Numbered from the stretch's first letter, positions 1-9,570 are shown. The stretch: 64,000 nt of DNA from Clostridia bacterium (GCA_017504625.1 JAFVQU010000016.1:9129-73128); one strand, 5' to 3'. Notes: a model not told the origin generated them from the letters alone. Numbers and translations are program-made.

Positions 1-274
1 GGTCGAGATGCTTGACGCCTTGAAGGATATGGAGGTCGGCGAAACGGCGCTTATCGAGAGCGAGTACGGCTACCACGTTATAATGAGATACCCGCTTGAT
101 AAGGGCAAATATGCGGACGGGCTTTACGGCGAGTGGTTTGATGCCTTCAACGAGGCGCTTGTAGCCGAGCTTTTCGCCGAAAAATGCAAGAGCGTTGTCG
201 ATATTGCCGTCAACGAGGAAAATCTTAAAAGGGCGAGATCAATAAAGGAGATCGGAGTAAATACCGATTATTGA
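1..274 (+). CDS. Parvulin/PrsA-like peptidyl-prolyl isomerase, C-terminal fragment (5' end outside window)
   Basis: Frame is open from the window edge to the stop at 274. ESEYGYHVIMRYP resembles the GYHxI core of PpiC-type rotamase domains. A terminator follows. Confidence 0.65.
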   Translation, partial: VEMLDALKDMEVGETALIESEYGYHVIMRYPLDKGKYADGLYGEWFDAFNEALVAELFAEKCKSVVDIAVNEENLKRARSIKEIGVNTDY

Positions 275-284
275 TATTTCAGAG

Positions 285-314
285 GCAGGACTGCGCGGCA
301 GTCCTGCTTTTTTT
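285..314 (+). terminator. Rho-independent terminator
   Basis: GCAGGACTG-cgcgg-CAGTCCTGC stem-loop followed by T7. Confidence 0.8.
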
Positions 315-361
315 ATTTCTTATATTTTCTTAATATTATTGTAAACAATTATGTTTCACTG

Positions 362-390
362 TTGACGAATTCGCAAGCGTATGATATAAT
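362..390 (+). promoter_or_regulatory. Sigma-A type promoter upstream of cysE
   Basis: TTGACG (362-367), 17-nt spacer, TATAAT (385-390). Confidence 0.6.
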
Positions 391-461
391 TATACTGACC
401 AACTGTTTATCTCCGCACGGAGAAAACCTATGCCGGAGCGTCCGGCGGAAAGGTGGTATTT

Positions 462-1211
462 ATGCAGGTCAATATTGATCTTACTGCTTTTAACGAGCTT
501 GTTGAAAAAGCAAAGAGCGTTTCGGTAAAGAAAACGCTTCTCGCGATCAAAAAGGAAATTAAAGATAATATAGACGCTATAAGACAAAGAGACCCCGCTG
601 CAACGAGTGATATTGAGGTGCTTCTGCTTTACTCGGGACTTCACGCAACGCTTGCGTACAGAGTGGCGCACAAGCTCTATCTCGGCGGTCACACCTTCTC
701 GGCAAGAGCGATCAGCCAGGCGGCAAAATTCTTTACGGGAATTGAGATACACCCCGCCGCAACCATAGGCCGAGGACTTGTTATCGACCACGGAATGGGC
801 GTCGTTATCGGCGAAACGACCGAGATCGGCGACAATTGCACGCTCTATCAGGGAGTTACGCTCGGCGGTACCGGTAAGGACACGGGCAAGCGTCACCCCA
901 CGCTTGGGGATAACGTGCTTGTCGGCGCGGGCGCAAAGGTGCTCGGCCCCATCGTGATAAGCAACAACTCAAAGGTCGCGGCAAACGCCGTTGTGCTTAA
1001 GGATATCACCGAAAACAGCACAGCGGTCGGCATTCCCGCAAAGGTCGTGCGTCAGGACGGCAGAAGGGTAGACGACCTTGACCAGATACACATCCCCGAC
1101 CCCGTTTCTCAGGAGATTAGCAAGCTTGAGGAAAGACTGACGGAGCTTTCAAACGAGCTTTCTGAGCTTCGGGAGAGCGCGGTAATAAAGAAGAAAAAGG
1201 CAAAGAAATAA
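462..1211 (+). CDS. cysE: Serine O-acetyltransferase with C-terminal coiled-coil/Lys-rich tail
   Basis: DPAA..., LAYRVAH, FTGIEIHPAATIGRGLVIDHGMGVVIGETTEIGDNCTLYQGVTLGG hexapeptide-repeat region typical of CysE. ATG 462 sits 6-7 nt after GAAAGGTGG; the ORF-track start at 453 is a GTG inside the RBS. Confidence 0.9.
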   Translation: MQVNIDLTAFNELVEKAKSVSVKKTLLAIKKEIKDNIDAIRQRDPAATSDIEVLLLYSGLHATLAYRVAHKLYLGGHTFSARAISQAAKFFTGIEIHPAATIGRGLVIDHGMGVVIGETTEIGDNCTLYQGVTLGGTGKDTGKRHPTLGDNVLVGAGAKVLGPIVISNNSKVAANAVVLKDITENSTAVGIPAKVVRQDGRRVDDLDQIHIPDPVSQEISKLEERLTELSNELSELRESAVIKKKKAKK

Positions 1212-1257
1212 ACGAGTAGCGCCAAAGGGCGACAAATTATCGAGAGGAAAAGGATTC

Positions 1258-2148
1258 ATGAATTATATCTTGTATAATCCCAAATCGAACAACGAAAACA
1301 ACGACCTTAATATTATACACGGTGCTGAAAAGCTCGAGGACATCGGGGTACAAAAGATATGCTGGCTCGGACTTGACGTCGAGGAGTTCTGCTCCAAGCT
1401 GACCGAGGACGACCGCGTTATGATATGCGGCGGCGACGGCACGCTCCACTATTTCGCAAATAATACGTACGATTTTGACCTTCCTTGTCCCGTATACGCT
1501 TTGCGCTCGGGCACGGGAAACGATTTTCTTAACGATCTCGGTCAGACCGACAACGAGCAGCTCATTGACATCAGACCTTACATAAAGAATCTGCCCGAGG
1601 TCGAGGTCAACGGTGAAAAGCGTAAGTTTATCAACGGCGTAGGACTCGGAATTGACGGCAGAGTTTGTGCCGAGGTTGAGAACGCAAAGAAAAAGACGAA
1701 TAAAAAGGTGAGCTACACTCCCGTAGCTCTCAAGCTTCTGGCATACGATTTCAAGCGTCCGAACGCAAAGGTCACAGTTGACGGCGTAACGCACGAATAC
1801 AAGAATATCTGGATGGCGGGCACGATGAAGGGCAGATACTTCGGCGGCGGAATGATGGTCGCTCCCCAGCAGGACAGAGAAAACGGCAAGGTCAGCATTA
1901 TGGCAATGCACGGCGGCTCGCGAGTCAAAACTCTGGCGGTATTCCTCAAGATATTCAAGGGAACGCATATAAAGCACAGGGAAATGATAGATATTTTCGA
2001 GGGACACGAGATAGAGGTAGAGTTTGAAACTCCCTCCGATATGCAGATAGACGGCGAGACCGTGCTTGGCGTTACGAAATACGTCGTGCGCGTGCCGAGA
2101 GCCGCTGACGCTGAGGCGGAGAAGAACGCCGAAGCTCTCATGGTTTAA
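1258..2148 (+). CDS. Diacylglycerol kinase-family lipid kinase (YegS/BmrU-like)
   Basis: ICGGDGTLHY (GGDGT motif of the DAGK catalytic domain); about 300 aa; RBS GAGAGGAAAAGGA. Confidence 0.8.
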   Translation: MNYILYNPKSNNENNDLNIIHGAEKLEDIGVQKICWLGLDVEEFCSKLTEDDRVMICGGDGTLHYFANNTYDFDLPCPVYALRSGTGNDFLNDLGQTDNEQLIDIRPYIKNLPEVEVNGEKRKFINGVGLGIDGRVCAEVENAKKKTNKKVSYTPVALKLLAYDFKRPNAKVTVDGVTHEYKNIWMAGTMKGRYFGGGMMVAPQQDRENGKVSIMAMHGGSRVKTLAVFLKIFKGTHIKHREMIDIFEGHEIEVEFETPSDMQIDGETVLGVTKYVVRVPRAADAEAEKNAEALMV

Positions 2149-2179
2149 ATTTTAGCTTTCAAAAGGGTCAATCAAGACT

Positions 2180-2998
2180 ATGAATGAAGAAAATTTGATA
2201 ATATCGGACTCTCACTCCGACGGTGAGGCAATGCCCACGGGAATTCCGCGCGAGGACGCTGTCTTTATCGCGATGGAGCTTGGCGAGCAGATATTGCGTT
2301 GCGGAGGCGAGGTAAGTAGAGTTGAGGACACTATCCGCCGTATCTGCACCGCTTACGGCGCGACCGATATAGACGTTACGGCGATAATGTCGCTTATAGT
2401 TTCAACCGTTGAGTTTGACGGAGAAACCGTCGTCAGAACAAGGTGGATAACGGGAGGCGTGACCAATCTTGGCAGACTTTCAAGGCTCAACGATCTCTCA
2501 AGACGAATTTGCCGAACCCTGCCCGACAAGGCGGAGTTTCTCGGCAGACTTTACGATATCGACGCGACGAGTAATATAAGCAGTCTTGCGTTTACCGTCG
2601 GAAATATGCTTATAGCACTCGGATTTTGCGTGGTATGGGGAGGCGACTGGCTTGAGGCGCTTATCTCCACACTTATAGCTGTGCCTATGAGTATAGGAAT
2701 GAGGTATTTTTCGGGGACTAAGACCAATCCCATCGTGGCAAAGGTCATCATCTGCTTCTTTGCGGGCGTGCTTGCTCTGATAGCGGGTAAAATATCGCCA
2801 AGCGTAAGCGTGGGAACGGTTATAAGCGGAGATATAATGCTGCTCGTTCCCGGAGTTATGCTTGCAAACTCCTTCCGTGACCTGCTTGGCGGCGATCTTA
2901 TGTCGGGTATCTTCCGTCTTTGCGCGGCGATACTTGACGCGGTAGCGATCGCCTGCGGCTACGCGGTGGCAATACTTATTTTCGGAGGTGTGGTATGA
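2180..2998 (+). CDS. Threonine/serine exporter family protein, ThrE N-terminal-type (DUF1212-like)
   Basis: LGEQILRCGGEVSRVEDTIRRICTAYG signature followed by a multi-TM C-terminus. Overlaps the next gene by 4 nt (ATGA). Confidence 0.75.
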   Translation: MNEENLIISDSHSDGEAMPTGIPREDAVFIAMELGEQILRCGGEVSRVEDTIRRICTAYGATDIDVTAIMSLIVSTVEFDGETVVRTRWITGGVTNLGRLSRLNDLSRRICRTLPDKAEFLGRLYDIDATSNISSLAFTVGNMLIALGFCVVWGGDWLEALISTLIAVPMSIGMRYFSGTKTNPIVAKVIICFFAGVLALIAGKISPSVSVGTVISGDIMLLVPGVMLANSFRDLLGGDLMSGIFRLCAAILDAVAIACGYAVAILIFGGVV

Positions 2999-3471
2999 CC
3001 GACGAAATAATCAGCCTTATAGTAATGCTTATTGCCATGACGGTGGGCAGCGCGGGAACCGCAATGGTTTTCGGAATAGAGAAAAGAGTTTTCTGGTGGG
3101 CGGTGCTTTGTGCCTTTCTCGCTGCGGCGGGATTTGAGATCCCCGCGCGCTTTTTCGCGGCAGGCCCGTTTATCTCGGCACTTGTTTCCGCCCTTGTTCT
3201 TGCATCCTATGCCGATATAATGGCGCATCTTTTGAAGGTGCCGGCAACAGTTATGATAATTCCGGGAATTATACCCGCCGTGCCGGGAGGCAGACTTTAC
3301 TTTACGATGCAGGCGGCGGTCAGCGGCAATATGGACGAGTTTTACTCGCAGGGCAGAACAGTTCTGCTTATCACCGCGGGACTTGCGGTGGGAATTATCG
3401 GTGTAACGGCAATTTCAAGACCGATAAACGCATATCTCAACAAGAGAAATCAGAAGAAATTGAAAACATAA
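2995..3471 (+). CDS. Threonine/serine exporter family protein, ThrE_2-type (DUF3815-like) membrane subunit
   Basis: 158-aa polytopic membrane protein, translationally coupled to the DUF1212-like gene (the usual two-gene arrangement). Confidence 0.7.
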   Translation: MTDEIISLIVMLIAMTVGSAGTAMVFGIEKRVFWWAVLCAFLAAAGFEIPARFFAAGPFISALVSALVLASYADIMAHLLKVPATVMIIPGIIPAVPGGRLYFTMQAAVSGNMDEFYSQGRTVLLITAGLAVGIIGVTAISRPINAYLNKRNQKKLKT

Positions 3472-3498
3472 GACTAAAAGCTTTTTGGAGGAAAAAAT

Positions 3499-4740
3499 AT
3501 GACTTTATTGCGTGGAAACGCCGTCGTCGGTCAGTCGGGCGGCCCTACTACCGCCATAAACGCGACGCTTGCGGGCGTTATCAGCGGCGCGCTCAAGTGC
3601 GAGGCTATCGACAAAATTTACGGTATGAAAAACGGCGTTGACGGCTTTTTGCGCGAGGATATCATCTGCCTCAACGATTATTTTACCGACGGGGCGGCAT
3701 TTGAAAGCCTCAAGCGCACTCCCGCGGCGGCTCTCGGCTCGTGCAGAAGAAAGCTGCCCGTAGAGAGCGACCCGAAGTACAGCGAAACCTTTGAAAAGCT
3801 GGTTGCTCTCTTTGAAAAATACGGCATCAGATACTTCTTCTATATCGGCGGTAACGATTCGATGGACACCGTCGCAAAGCTTTCAAAGTACACTCAGGAG
3901 GTCGGCTACGAGATGAGAATCGTCGGCGTGCCCAAGACTATTGACAACGACCTTCTCGGAACAGACCATACCCCCGGCTTTGGCTCGGCGGCGAAGTATA
4001 TCTCGGTAACTATGCAGGAGATGCTCCGCGACACCGCGGTATATACCGTTCCTGCGGTCACCGTCGTTGAGATAATGGGACGTGACGCGGGCTGGCTTAC
4101 AGCGTCAAGCGCGCTTGGCCGCGTGCTTGGTATGCCTGCGCCTGACCTCATTTATCTTCCCGAGAGAGCATTTGATATGGACAACTTCTTCGCCGACGTA
4201 AGAGAGGCGCTTAAAAATAAGCCCAACGTCGTGGTTGCCGTAAGTGAGGGACTTCAGTTTGCCGACGGCAGATACGTTGGCGAGGGAACTCAGGGCGGCG
4301 CGGTCGACGCGTTCGGTCACAAGTACCTCGCGGGTACGGGAAAGGCGCTTGAGCTTGCCGTAAAGGCGGAGATAGGCTGCAAGGTGCGCTCGGTAGAGCT
4401 TAATCTTCCCCAGAGATGCGCGGCGCATATCGCGTCACTTTGCGACATTGAGGAATCCTTCGGTGTCGGCGAGGCGGCGGCATTTGCGGCAGAGCAGGGA
4501 GTCAGCCGCGAGATGATGGTCATTTTGCGCGACTGTGAGAAGAACGAGTCTTATTCGTCGGTCTACGGCCATATGGACATCGACCTTATCGCCAACAAGA
4601 CCAAATACGTGCCGAAGCACTATATCAACGAGCGAGGAAACAACGTCACCGACGAGTGCCTCTCTTATATCCTTCCGCTTATTGAGGGCGAGTGCTATCC
4701 CGAGTATAAGAACGGACTTCCCGTTTTCTTCGCTTTTTGA
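3499..4740 (+). CDS. pfp: Pyrophosphate-dependent 6-phosphofructokinase
   Basis: GQSGGPTTAINA, MGRDAGWL. GGNDS carries Asp at the position that is Gly in ATP-PFK GGDGS, and PKTIDND carries Lys instead of Gly. These are the two residues that classically mark PPi dependence. Confidence 0.85.
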   Translation: MTLLRGNAVVGQSGGPTTAINATLAGVISGALKCEAIDKIYGMKNGVDGFLREDIICLNDYFTDGAAFESLKRTPAAALGSCRRKLPVESDPKYSETFEKLVALFEKYGIRYFFYIGGNDSMDTVAKLSKYTQEVGYEMRIVGVPKTIDNDLLGTDHTPGFGSAAKYISVTMQEMLRDTAVYTVPAVTVVEIMGRDAGWLTASSALGRVLGMPAPDLIYLPERAFDMDNFFADVREALKNKPNVVVAVSEGLQFADGRYVGEGTQGGAVDAFGHKYLAGTGKALELAVKAEIGCKVRSVELNLPQRCAAHIASLCDIEESFGVGEAAAFAAEQGVSREMMVILRDCEKNESYSSVYGHMDIDLIANKTKYVPKHYINERGNNVTDECLSYILPLIEGECYPEYKNGLPVFFAF

Positions 4741-4838
4741 AAAACAGGGGCCGACAAACAGATAAAAATATGATAAAATAGTGTTGCGAGAGATCGCAAT
4801 ATCACCGCGAGCCGCACTTTGCGGCAGATATAGTTGAC

Positions 4839-4880
4839 GCGGCAACCTCAAGAATTTGGGGGTTGCCGCGTTTTCTTTTC
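4839..4880 (+). terminator. Rho-independent terminator after pfp
   Basis: GCGGCAACC-12 nt loop-GGTTGCCGC followed by GTTTTCTTTT. It overlaps the 5' part of ORF 4863, which argues for a later start of that ORF. Confidence 0.7.
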
Positions 4881-4943
4881 GCGCTGATATTTTCCGTGCG
4901 CTTATTTTTTATGAAAGGAGGGATTTTTCTGAAGGTCAGAGAA

Positions 4944-5249
4944 ATGCTTGATATCATTGACGCCACAAAGGAAAACGACGTCCCCGAGGGGCTTAAGATA
5001 AGATGGCTCAACGACGTGGAGGGCAGAGTTATGTGCGAGGTCTGTCGGGCGATGCCCGAAAGCGTAAAGTCTATCGTGTCGCTTGAGGACGAGCTTTGCG
5101 TGCCCGAGGCGTATTCGATGCTCTACGTGCTTTACGTCGTGTCGATGATAGAGTTTACAAAGGGCGATTACAGCGATTTCGCACGTCTTACGCTCGAGTT
5201 TGAGAAGGCGTTTGAGCTTTACGCGAGATGGTATATCAGAAATTCATAA
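4944..5249 (+). CDS. Hypothetical protein (about 101 aa)
   Basis: ORF 4863..5249. I prefer ATG 4944 because the upstream part overlaps the pfp terminator. No motif recognised. Confidence 0.4.
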   Translation: MLDIIDATKENDVPEGLKIRWLNDVEGRVMCEVCRAMPESVKSIVSLEDELCVPEAYSMLYVLYVVSMIEFTKGDYSDFARLTLEFEKAFELYARWYIRNS

Positions 5250-5288
5250 TAATTAAAGGAATTATGACAAAATAAGACTTTGTTTGTG

Positions 5289-5317
5289 TTGACACGGTGC
5301 GGCTTTGGGTGTATAAT
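5289..5317 (+). promoter_or_regulatory. Consensus sigma-A promoter
   Basis: TTGACA (5289-5294), 17 nt, TATAAT (5312-5317), upstream of the 877-aa ORF. Confidence 0.65.
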
Positions 5318-5363
5318 GATAATTGGTAGAATATAACATAATATTAAAAAGGAGAATAGTATT

Positions 5364-7997
5364 ATGGGAGAAATTATGGAATACGTAGCCTTTGCACCCC
5401 TTGCCGTGCTTGTGCTTTTCGTGCTGATCAATCTTGTCAAGGGACTTGTGCGAGGCACGATAAAGACCGTCGGAACGCTTGTTTCGATCATTTTGTCGGC
5501 GGTCGCGGCGTTTGTTGCGACGATACTCGTCTGCAAGCCTACCTCGCCCCTTCTCACCACGCTTTTTGAGCTTATTGAGGGCATTTTACCCGCAGAGCTG
5601 CTTGAGATTTTCGAGAGTGGATCGCTTGGCGAGTCGCTTGCCTATTACATAGCGATGGTAGCCGCGCCCTTCTTCTTCGTTGCGGCGTTTTCGGCTGTTA
5701 CGATCGTTTTGTCGATCATCATAAGAATTCTTTTGAAGATCTTCCTCAAAAAGAAGAAAAAGAGCGCACTCAGCCGACTTGGCGGCGCGCTTATCGGTAT
5801 AGTTTGCGGCGTGCTTGTCACTGTTATCGCGCTTACACCGATCATCGGTACGATCAACGTCGCATCTGCCGTATACGAGCTTGACGCGCTCAATGAGGAG
5901 CTTCCCCCCGAGGGCGAGGAGCTTCTTGAGGATGATAAGATACAGCTCTTCATCACTGTATGCGCGCCTCTTTATAATGAGCTTGCAAGCGCGGATTTTG
6001 ACGGAGAAAAGGTATATCTTAAGAACGATATCGCAACTATCCTCACGGTAGTCAGCGGTATGGGCGCGCTTGAGGGCGACATATCCGAGTACGGTCAGGA
6101 GCAGATCGACGCGCTTGAGGGTATGGCGACAAGCCTTGATAGCTCGCCTATCATCAAAAATATTATCGCAGAGCTGCTCTCACGCGCCGCGTCAAGCTGG
6201 ACTGAGGGTAACGCCTTTGCGGGTATAGAAAAGCCCGTTGCAAACGAGATACTCGCTCCCATCGTCGACGGTATGATCAAGGTTCTTGCAACCTCAAATA
6301 AGGATAATATCGGCAAGGACATCAAAACGCTTGCCGACGTATTCGCTATCATGATAAGAAGCGAGATATTCAGATACAGCAACGACTTCTCTCAGATGCT
6401 CACACAGCTCAGTGAAACCGGTGCTATCGGTGAGCTTCTTAAGGCTATCAACGAAAATGAAAGAATGAGCGCGCTCTCCGACGAGATCACAAGCCTTAGC
6501 ATCAAGGCCCTTGCGTCGAGCATCGGCGTTCCCGAGGACGAGCAGGAGAGATACGATCTGCTTATGGGCAGTATCGCGGACATTCTTACCGCAAGCTACG
6601 GCATCGACGTGCTGGAAAGAGAGGATGTAATAGCCCGCGATATTGAAAGAGAATTCAAGCATTACGGCGTTGAAATAGGCGGCGAGGCGCTCGCTAACGT
6701 ATGCGCGGGACTCGTTGCCGATCTCGGTCACAAGGCAACCGTCAGCGCGTCTGACGTCAAGGAGTTCTTCACAATATACGCCGTTGCTTCAAGCGAGTCG
6801 GTAAGCCTTCTCACTCCCGGCTACGATTTGCTTTCAAGCGGCGCGGAGGATCTTAAGATAGTAATAAATGCCGACGGAACTATAAGCGTAGGCGGCGTGG
6901 TTTTTGCAAACTATACCGCTGACAGCTTCAGAAGCTCTACCGCGTATGAAATGGGCGGTGTCGGAGCAATTTTTGACGGCGCCGCAACGCTTTACAGCGC
7001 GGAGGCTATGGAGTCGACGCTGCTTACAATGTCCGATCTCATTTCCGTGCTTGGAAAATACTCCGATTGCACCGATATTGCGGCTGAAACCGAAAAGGTG
7101 GGAGAGATCATCTCCTACGCGCTTGAGGTCTTCAGCGGTACCGATTTTGAAAACGTTTCGGCATCCGAGCTTATGCCTAAGCTTGGTACCGTGCTTGATA
7201 TGATGGACAGCTCCGAGATATTCGGCAACGGTATGTCCTCAAGCTTACTCACCGCGATCCTTCAGTCTGAAAAGATCACCGGCGCGATAGGAATAGGCAG
7301 AGATGAAAGCACCAATTTCGCAAGCAAGATCAACGACATGGTTGGCGGAAAGAAGTTTGACTACGTTCACGCAACCGAGATCATTTCAAGCACTATCACA
7401 GTGATGGAGTCTACAAGCAATAGCGAAAAGACGAGAGAGGAAAAGACCGAGGATACGCAGAAGCTACTTGATAATATTTCAAAGGAGAGCGCGGAGATGA
7501 TAAGCACTCTCGTAACCCCCTCGCTCGTTGAGAGCTACGGAGTATCAAGCTCAAGCTCGGAAACGGTTTCCTCTACCGTTAACTCGATTCTTGACAACAT
7601 GGCAAACTACGAAAACAAGGATGACGTAAGCGGCGAGATGGCGGCTAAGGAGGCAGAGGCGGTAAGCACGCTTCTCGACCTCGCGATCACCGCATCAACA
7701 AGCACCGGCGACCTCTTCAATGCGGATTCGAGTGTCGGCTCGCTTGACACCACCGCGGAGGAGTTTATCGAGCTTGTCGTCACGTCAGAGGTAGTTTACG
7801 GCGCGATAGACGATACGGTTTACCGCGACGGCAACACCGACAATCCTCTCGGTACTAACCTCAGCGCAGAGGATAGCGCGCAGGTGGTTGACGCGCTTGA
7901 GAGCTATTATGAGAGCAACGGCGGCGGCGAGGATCTTGCAAAGCAGCTTGAGGCTATCGCAATTATGCTCAACGTCAACATCGAGCTTGATAAGTAA
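5364..7997 (+). CDS. Large membrane-anchored acidic protein (CvpA-like N-terminal TM bundle plus about 700-aa Asp/Glu/Ser-rich domain)
   Basis: N-terminal 4-5 TM helices with the LINLVKGLVRG pattern reminiscent of the CvpA family. The remainder is soluble and highly acidic with no recognisable catalytic motif. RBS AAGGAG. Confidence 0.6.
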   Translation: MGEIMEYVAFAPLAVLVLFVLINLVKGLVRGTIKTVGTLVSIILSAVAAFVATILVCKPTSPLLTTLFELIEGILPAELLEIFESGSLGESLAYYIAMVAAPFFFVAAFSAVTIVLSIIIRILLKIFLKKKKKSALSRLGGALIGIVCGVLVTVIALTPIIGTINVASAVYELDALNEELPPEGEELLEDDKIQLFITVCAPLYNELASADFDGEKVYLKNDIATILTVVSGMGALEGDISEYGQEQIDALEGMATSLDSSPIIKNIIAELLSRAASSWTEGNAFAGIEKPVANEILAPIVDGMIKVLATSNKDNIGKDIKTLADVFAIMIRSEIFRYSNDFSQMLTQLSETGAIGELLKAINENERMSALSDEITSLSIKALASSIGVPEDEQERYDLLMGSIADILTASYGIDVLEREDVIARDIEREFKHYGVEIGGEALANVCAGLVADLGHKATVSASDVKEFFTIYAVASSESVSLLTPGYDLLSSGAEDLKIVINADGTISVGGVVFANYTADSFRSSTAYEMGGVGAIFDGAATLYSAEAMESTLLTMSDLISVLGKYSDCTDIAAETEKVGEIISYALEVFSGTDFENVSASELMPKLGTVLDMMDSSEIFGNGMSSSLLTAILQSEKITGAIGIGRDESTNFASKINDMVGGKKFDYVHATEIISSTITVMESTSNSEKTREEKTEDTQKLLDNISKESAEMISTLVTPSLVESYGVSSSSSETVSSTVNSILDNMANYENKDDVSGEMAAKEAEAVSTLLDLAITASTSTGDLFNADSSVGSLDTTAEEFIELVVTSEVVYGAIDDTVYRDGNTDNPLGTNLSAEDSAQVVDALESYYESNGGGEDLAKQLEAIAIMLNVNIELDK

Positions 7998-8019
7998 TAA
8001 TATCTGATATAAAAACGCA

Positions 8020-8063
8020 TTGGCGGCGTGTTCTTACGGACACGTCGCCAAGCCTGTTTTTTT
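8020..8063 (+). terminator. Rho-independent terminator
   Basis: TTGGCGGCGTGT-loop-ACACGTCGCCAA followed by T7. Confidence 0.7.
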
Positions 8064-8162
8064 GCGTCGGGTGGGGACGAGATTGGCAGGGCAGAGGGGA
8101 GAAACATTCAAGCACCGCGGGGAAGTAAAATAAAAAAACGGCAAAAATTTTTAAAAAAGGTA

Positions 8163-8191
8163 TTGACAAAACACTTCTGTTGTGGTATGAT
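8163..8191 (+). promoter_or_regulatory. Promoter of the tRNA cluster
   Basis: TTGACA (8163-8168), 17 nt, TATGAT (8186-8191), about 50 nt upstream of tRNA-Gly. Confidence 0.6.
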
Positions 8192-8242
8192 ATATAGGCG
8201 GTCAATTCGGGGGCGTAAAAAACCTTTGAAAACCGTGGATAT

Positions 8243-8316
<74 letters not shown>

Positions 8317-8374
8317 CCGGCAGTGCCGGTTCCCGCAATCGTCGGGCGAAGCACTGCCGTATATTTTTGAATAC

Positions 8375-8451
8375 GTGCCTTTAGCTCAGCTGGATAGAGC
8401 AACTGCCTTCTAAGCAGTAGGTCGGGGGTTCGAGTCCCTCAAGGCACGCCA
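8375..8451 (+). tRNA. tRNA-Arg (anticodon TCT)
   Basis: Acceptor GTGCCTT/AAGGCAC, D-arm GCTCAGCTGGATAGAGC, anticodon loop CTTCTAA, T-loop TTCGAGT, encoded CCA. Confidence 0.9.
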
Positions 8452-8456
8452 TTCAT

Positions 8457-8534
8457 GGTGGGTATGGCTCAGTTGGTTAGAGCGTCAGGTTGTGGCCCTG
8501 AAGGCCGTGGGTTCGAATCCCATTACTCACCCCA
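8457..8534 (+). tRNA. tRNA-His (anticodon GTG) with G-1
   Basis: An extra 5' G pairs with discriminator C. Anticodon loop TTGTGGC, T-loop TTCGAAT, encoded CCA. Confidence 0.9.
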
Positions 8535-8540
8535 GAAAGC

Positions 8541-8565
8541 AAAGGCACCCGAGCGGTGCCTTTTT
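8541..8565 (+). terminator. Terminator of the tRNA cluster (core of a longer inverted repeat)
   Basis: GGCACC-cgagc-GGTGCC followed by T5. Confidence 0.7.
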
Positions 8566-8609
8566 GCTTTCTGGGGTGAGTAATGGGATATCATCGCAAA
8601 GGCGCGAGC
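8561..8609. repeat. 49-bp direct repeat copy 1 (contains an inverted copy of the tRNA-His 3' end)
   Basis: TTTTTGCTTTCTGGGGTGAGTAATGGGATATCATCGCAAAGGCGCGAGC. Identical to 8802..8850 except for 1 nt. Confidence 0.85.
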
Positions 8610-8801
8610 GAAGCGAGCAGCCGTGCGACGTTTTGCCAACGGCAAAACTCGGTCAGTAAACCGCTTGCGGTTTACGTAGGGTTCAGAATCTTACGTAAGT
8701 CAACTTCGTTGCCTTACTCACCAAGTTTTTGCAAGGAAAAACTTGCCATGTCTAGCCTTGTAAATTTTTTGTAAGGGTGGGGTCGTCCCGCCCGTTTGGT
8801 G

Positions 8802-8850
8802 TTTTTGCTTTCTGGGGTGAGTAATGGGATAACATCGCAAAGGCGCGAGC
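8802..8850. repeat. 49-bp direct repeat copy 2
   Basis: Same 49-mer, 241 bp downstream of copy 1 (T>A at one position). Confidence 0.85.
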
Positions 8851-8923
8851 CGCACCCTATTATAGTCCTTGAAAATTTGCCAAATTCAGCTTTGTAGGTT
8901 TTGCTTTGTAATGGAGGAAGGCT

Positions 8924-9568
8924 ATGTCACATACTACGTACATATTTGATTTTGACGGCACGCTGGTTGATTCAATGCCGTCGTGGATCGGGAAAATATA
9001 TTACGCTCTCAACCGTTGCGGCGCAAAATACCCCGAGGATATTGCTAAGATCGCGGTAACGCTTGGGGACGGCGGCACGGCAAATTATTTCCGTGATAAG
9101 CTTGGCGTTACGCTTTCGTCAGACGAGATCATTGCGCTGATGGACGAGTTCGCGCTTCCGAAATACCGCGACGAGATCGTACTCAAGGACGGCGTGTTGG
9201 AGTATCTGAAGCTGCTTAAGTCAAACGGCTGTTCACTGAACGTGCTGACCGCAAGTCCGCACAAGATGGTCGATCCATGTCTTGCGCGCAACGGCGTTTT
9301 CGACCTCTTTGACAACGTGTGGACGTGTGAGGATTTCGGACTTTCAAAGTCAGATGTTGCGATCTATTTTGAGGCGGCAGAGAGGCTCGGAGTTGATCCT
9401 GCCAAAGTCGTTTTCGTTGATGATAACCTCGTGCCTCTAAAGAAGTCGCACGAGGCGGGAATGCTTGCGCTCGGCGTTTTCGATGCCTCGGCAGATCCTG
9501 ACCGCGCCGAGATAATCAAGGAGGCGGATATGTACGCGCTTTCCATGAAGGAACTTGAACTTATATGA
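8924..9568 (+). CDS. HAD-superfamily hydrolase (phosphatase)
   Basis: IFDFDGTLVDS motif I and a C-terminal VFVDDN motif; RBS GGAGGAAGG. Confidence 0.8.
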   Translation: MSHTTYIFDFDGTLVDSMPSWIGKIYYALNRCGAKYPEDIAKIAVTLGDGGTANYFRDKLGVTLSSDEIIALMDEFALPKYRDEIVLKDGVLEYLKLLKSNGCSLNVLTASPHKMVDPCLARNGVFDLFDNVWTCEDFGLSKSDVAIYFEAAERLGVDPAKVVFVDDNLVPLKKSHEAGMLALGVFDASADPDRAEIIKEADMYALSMKELELI

Positions 9569-9570
9569 CA

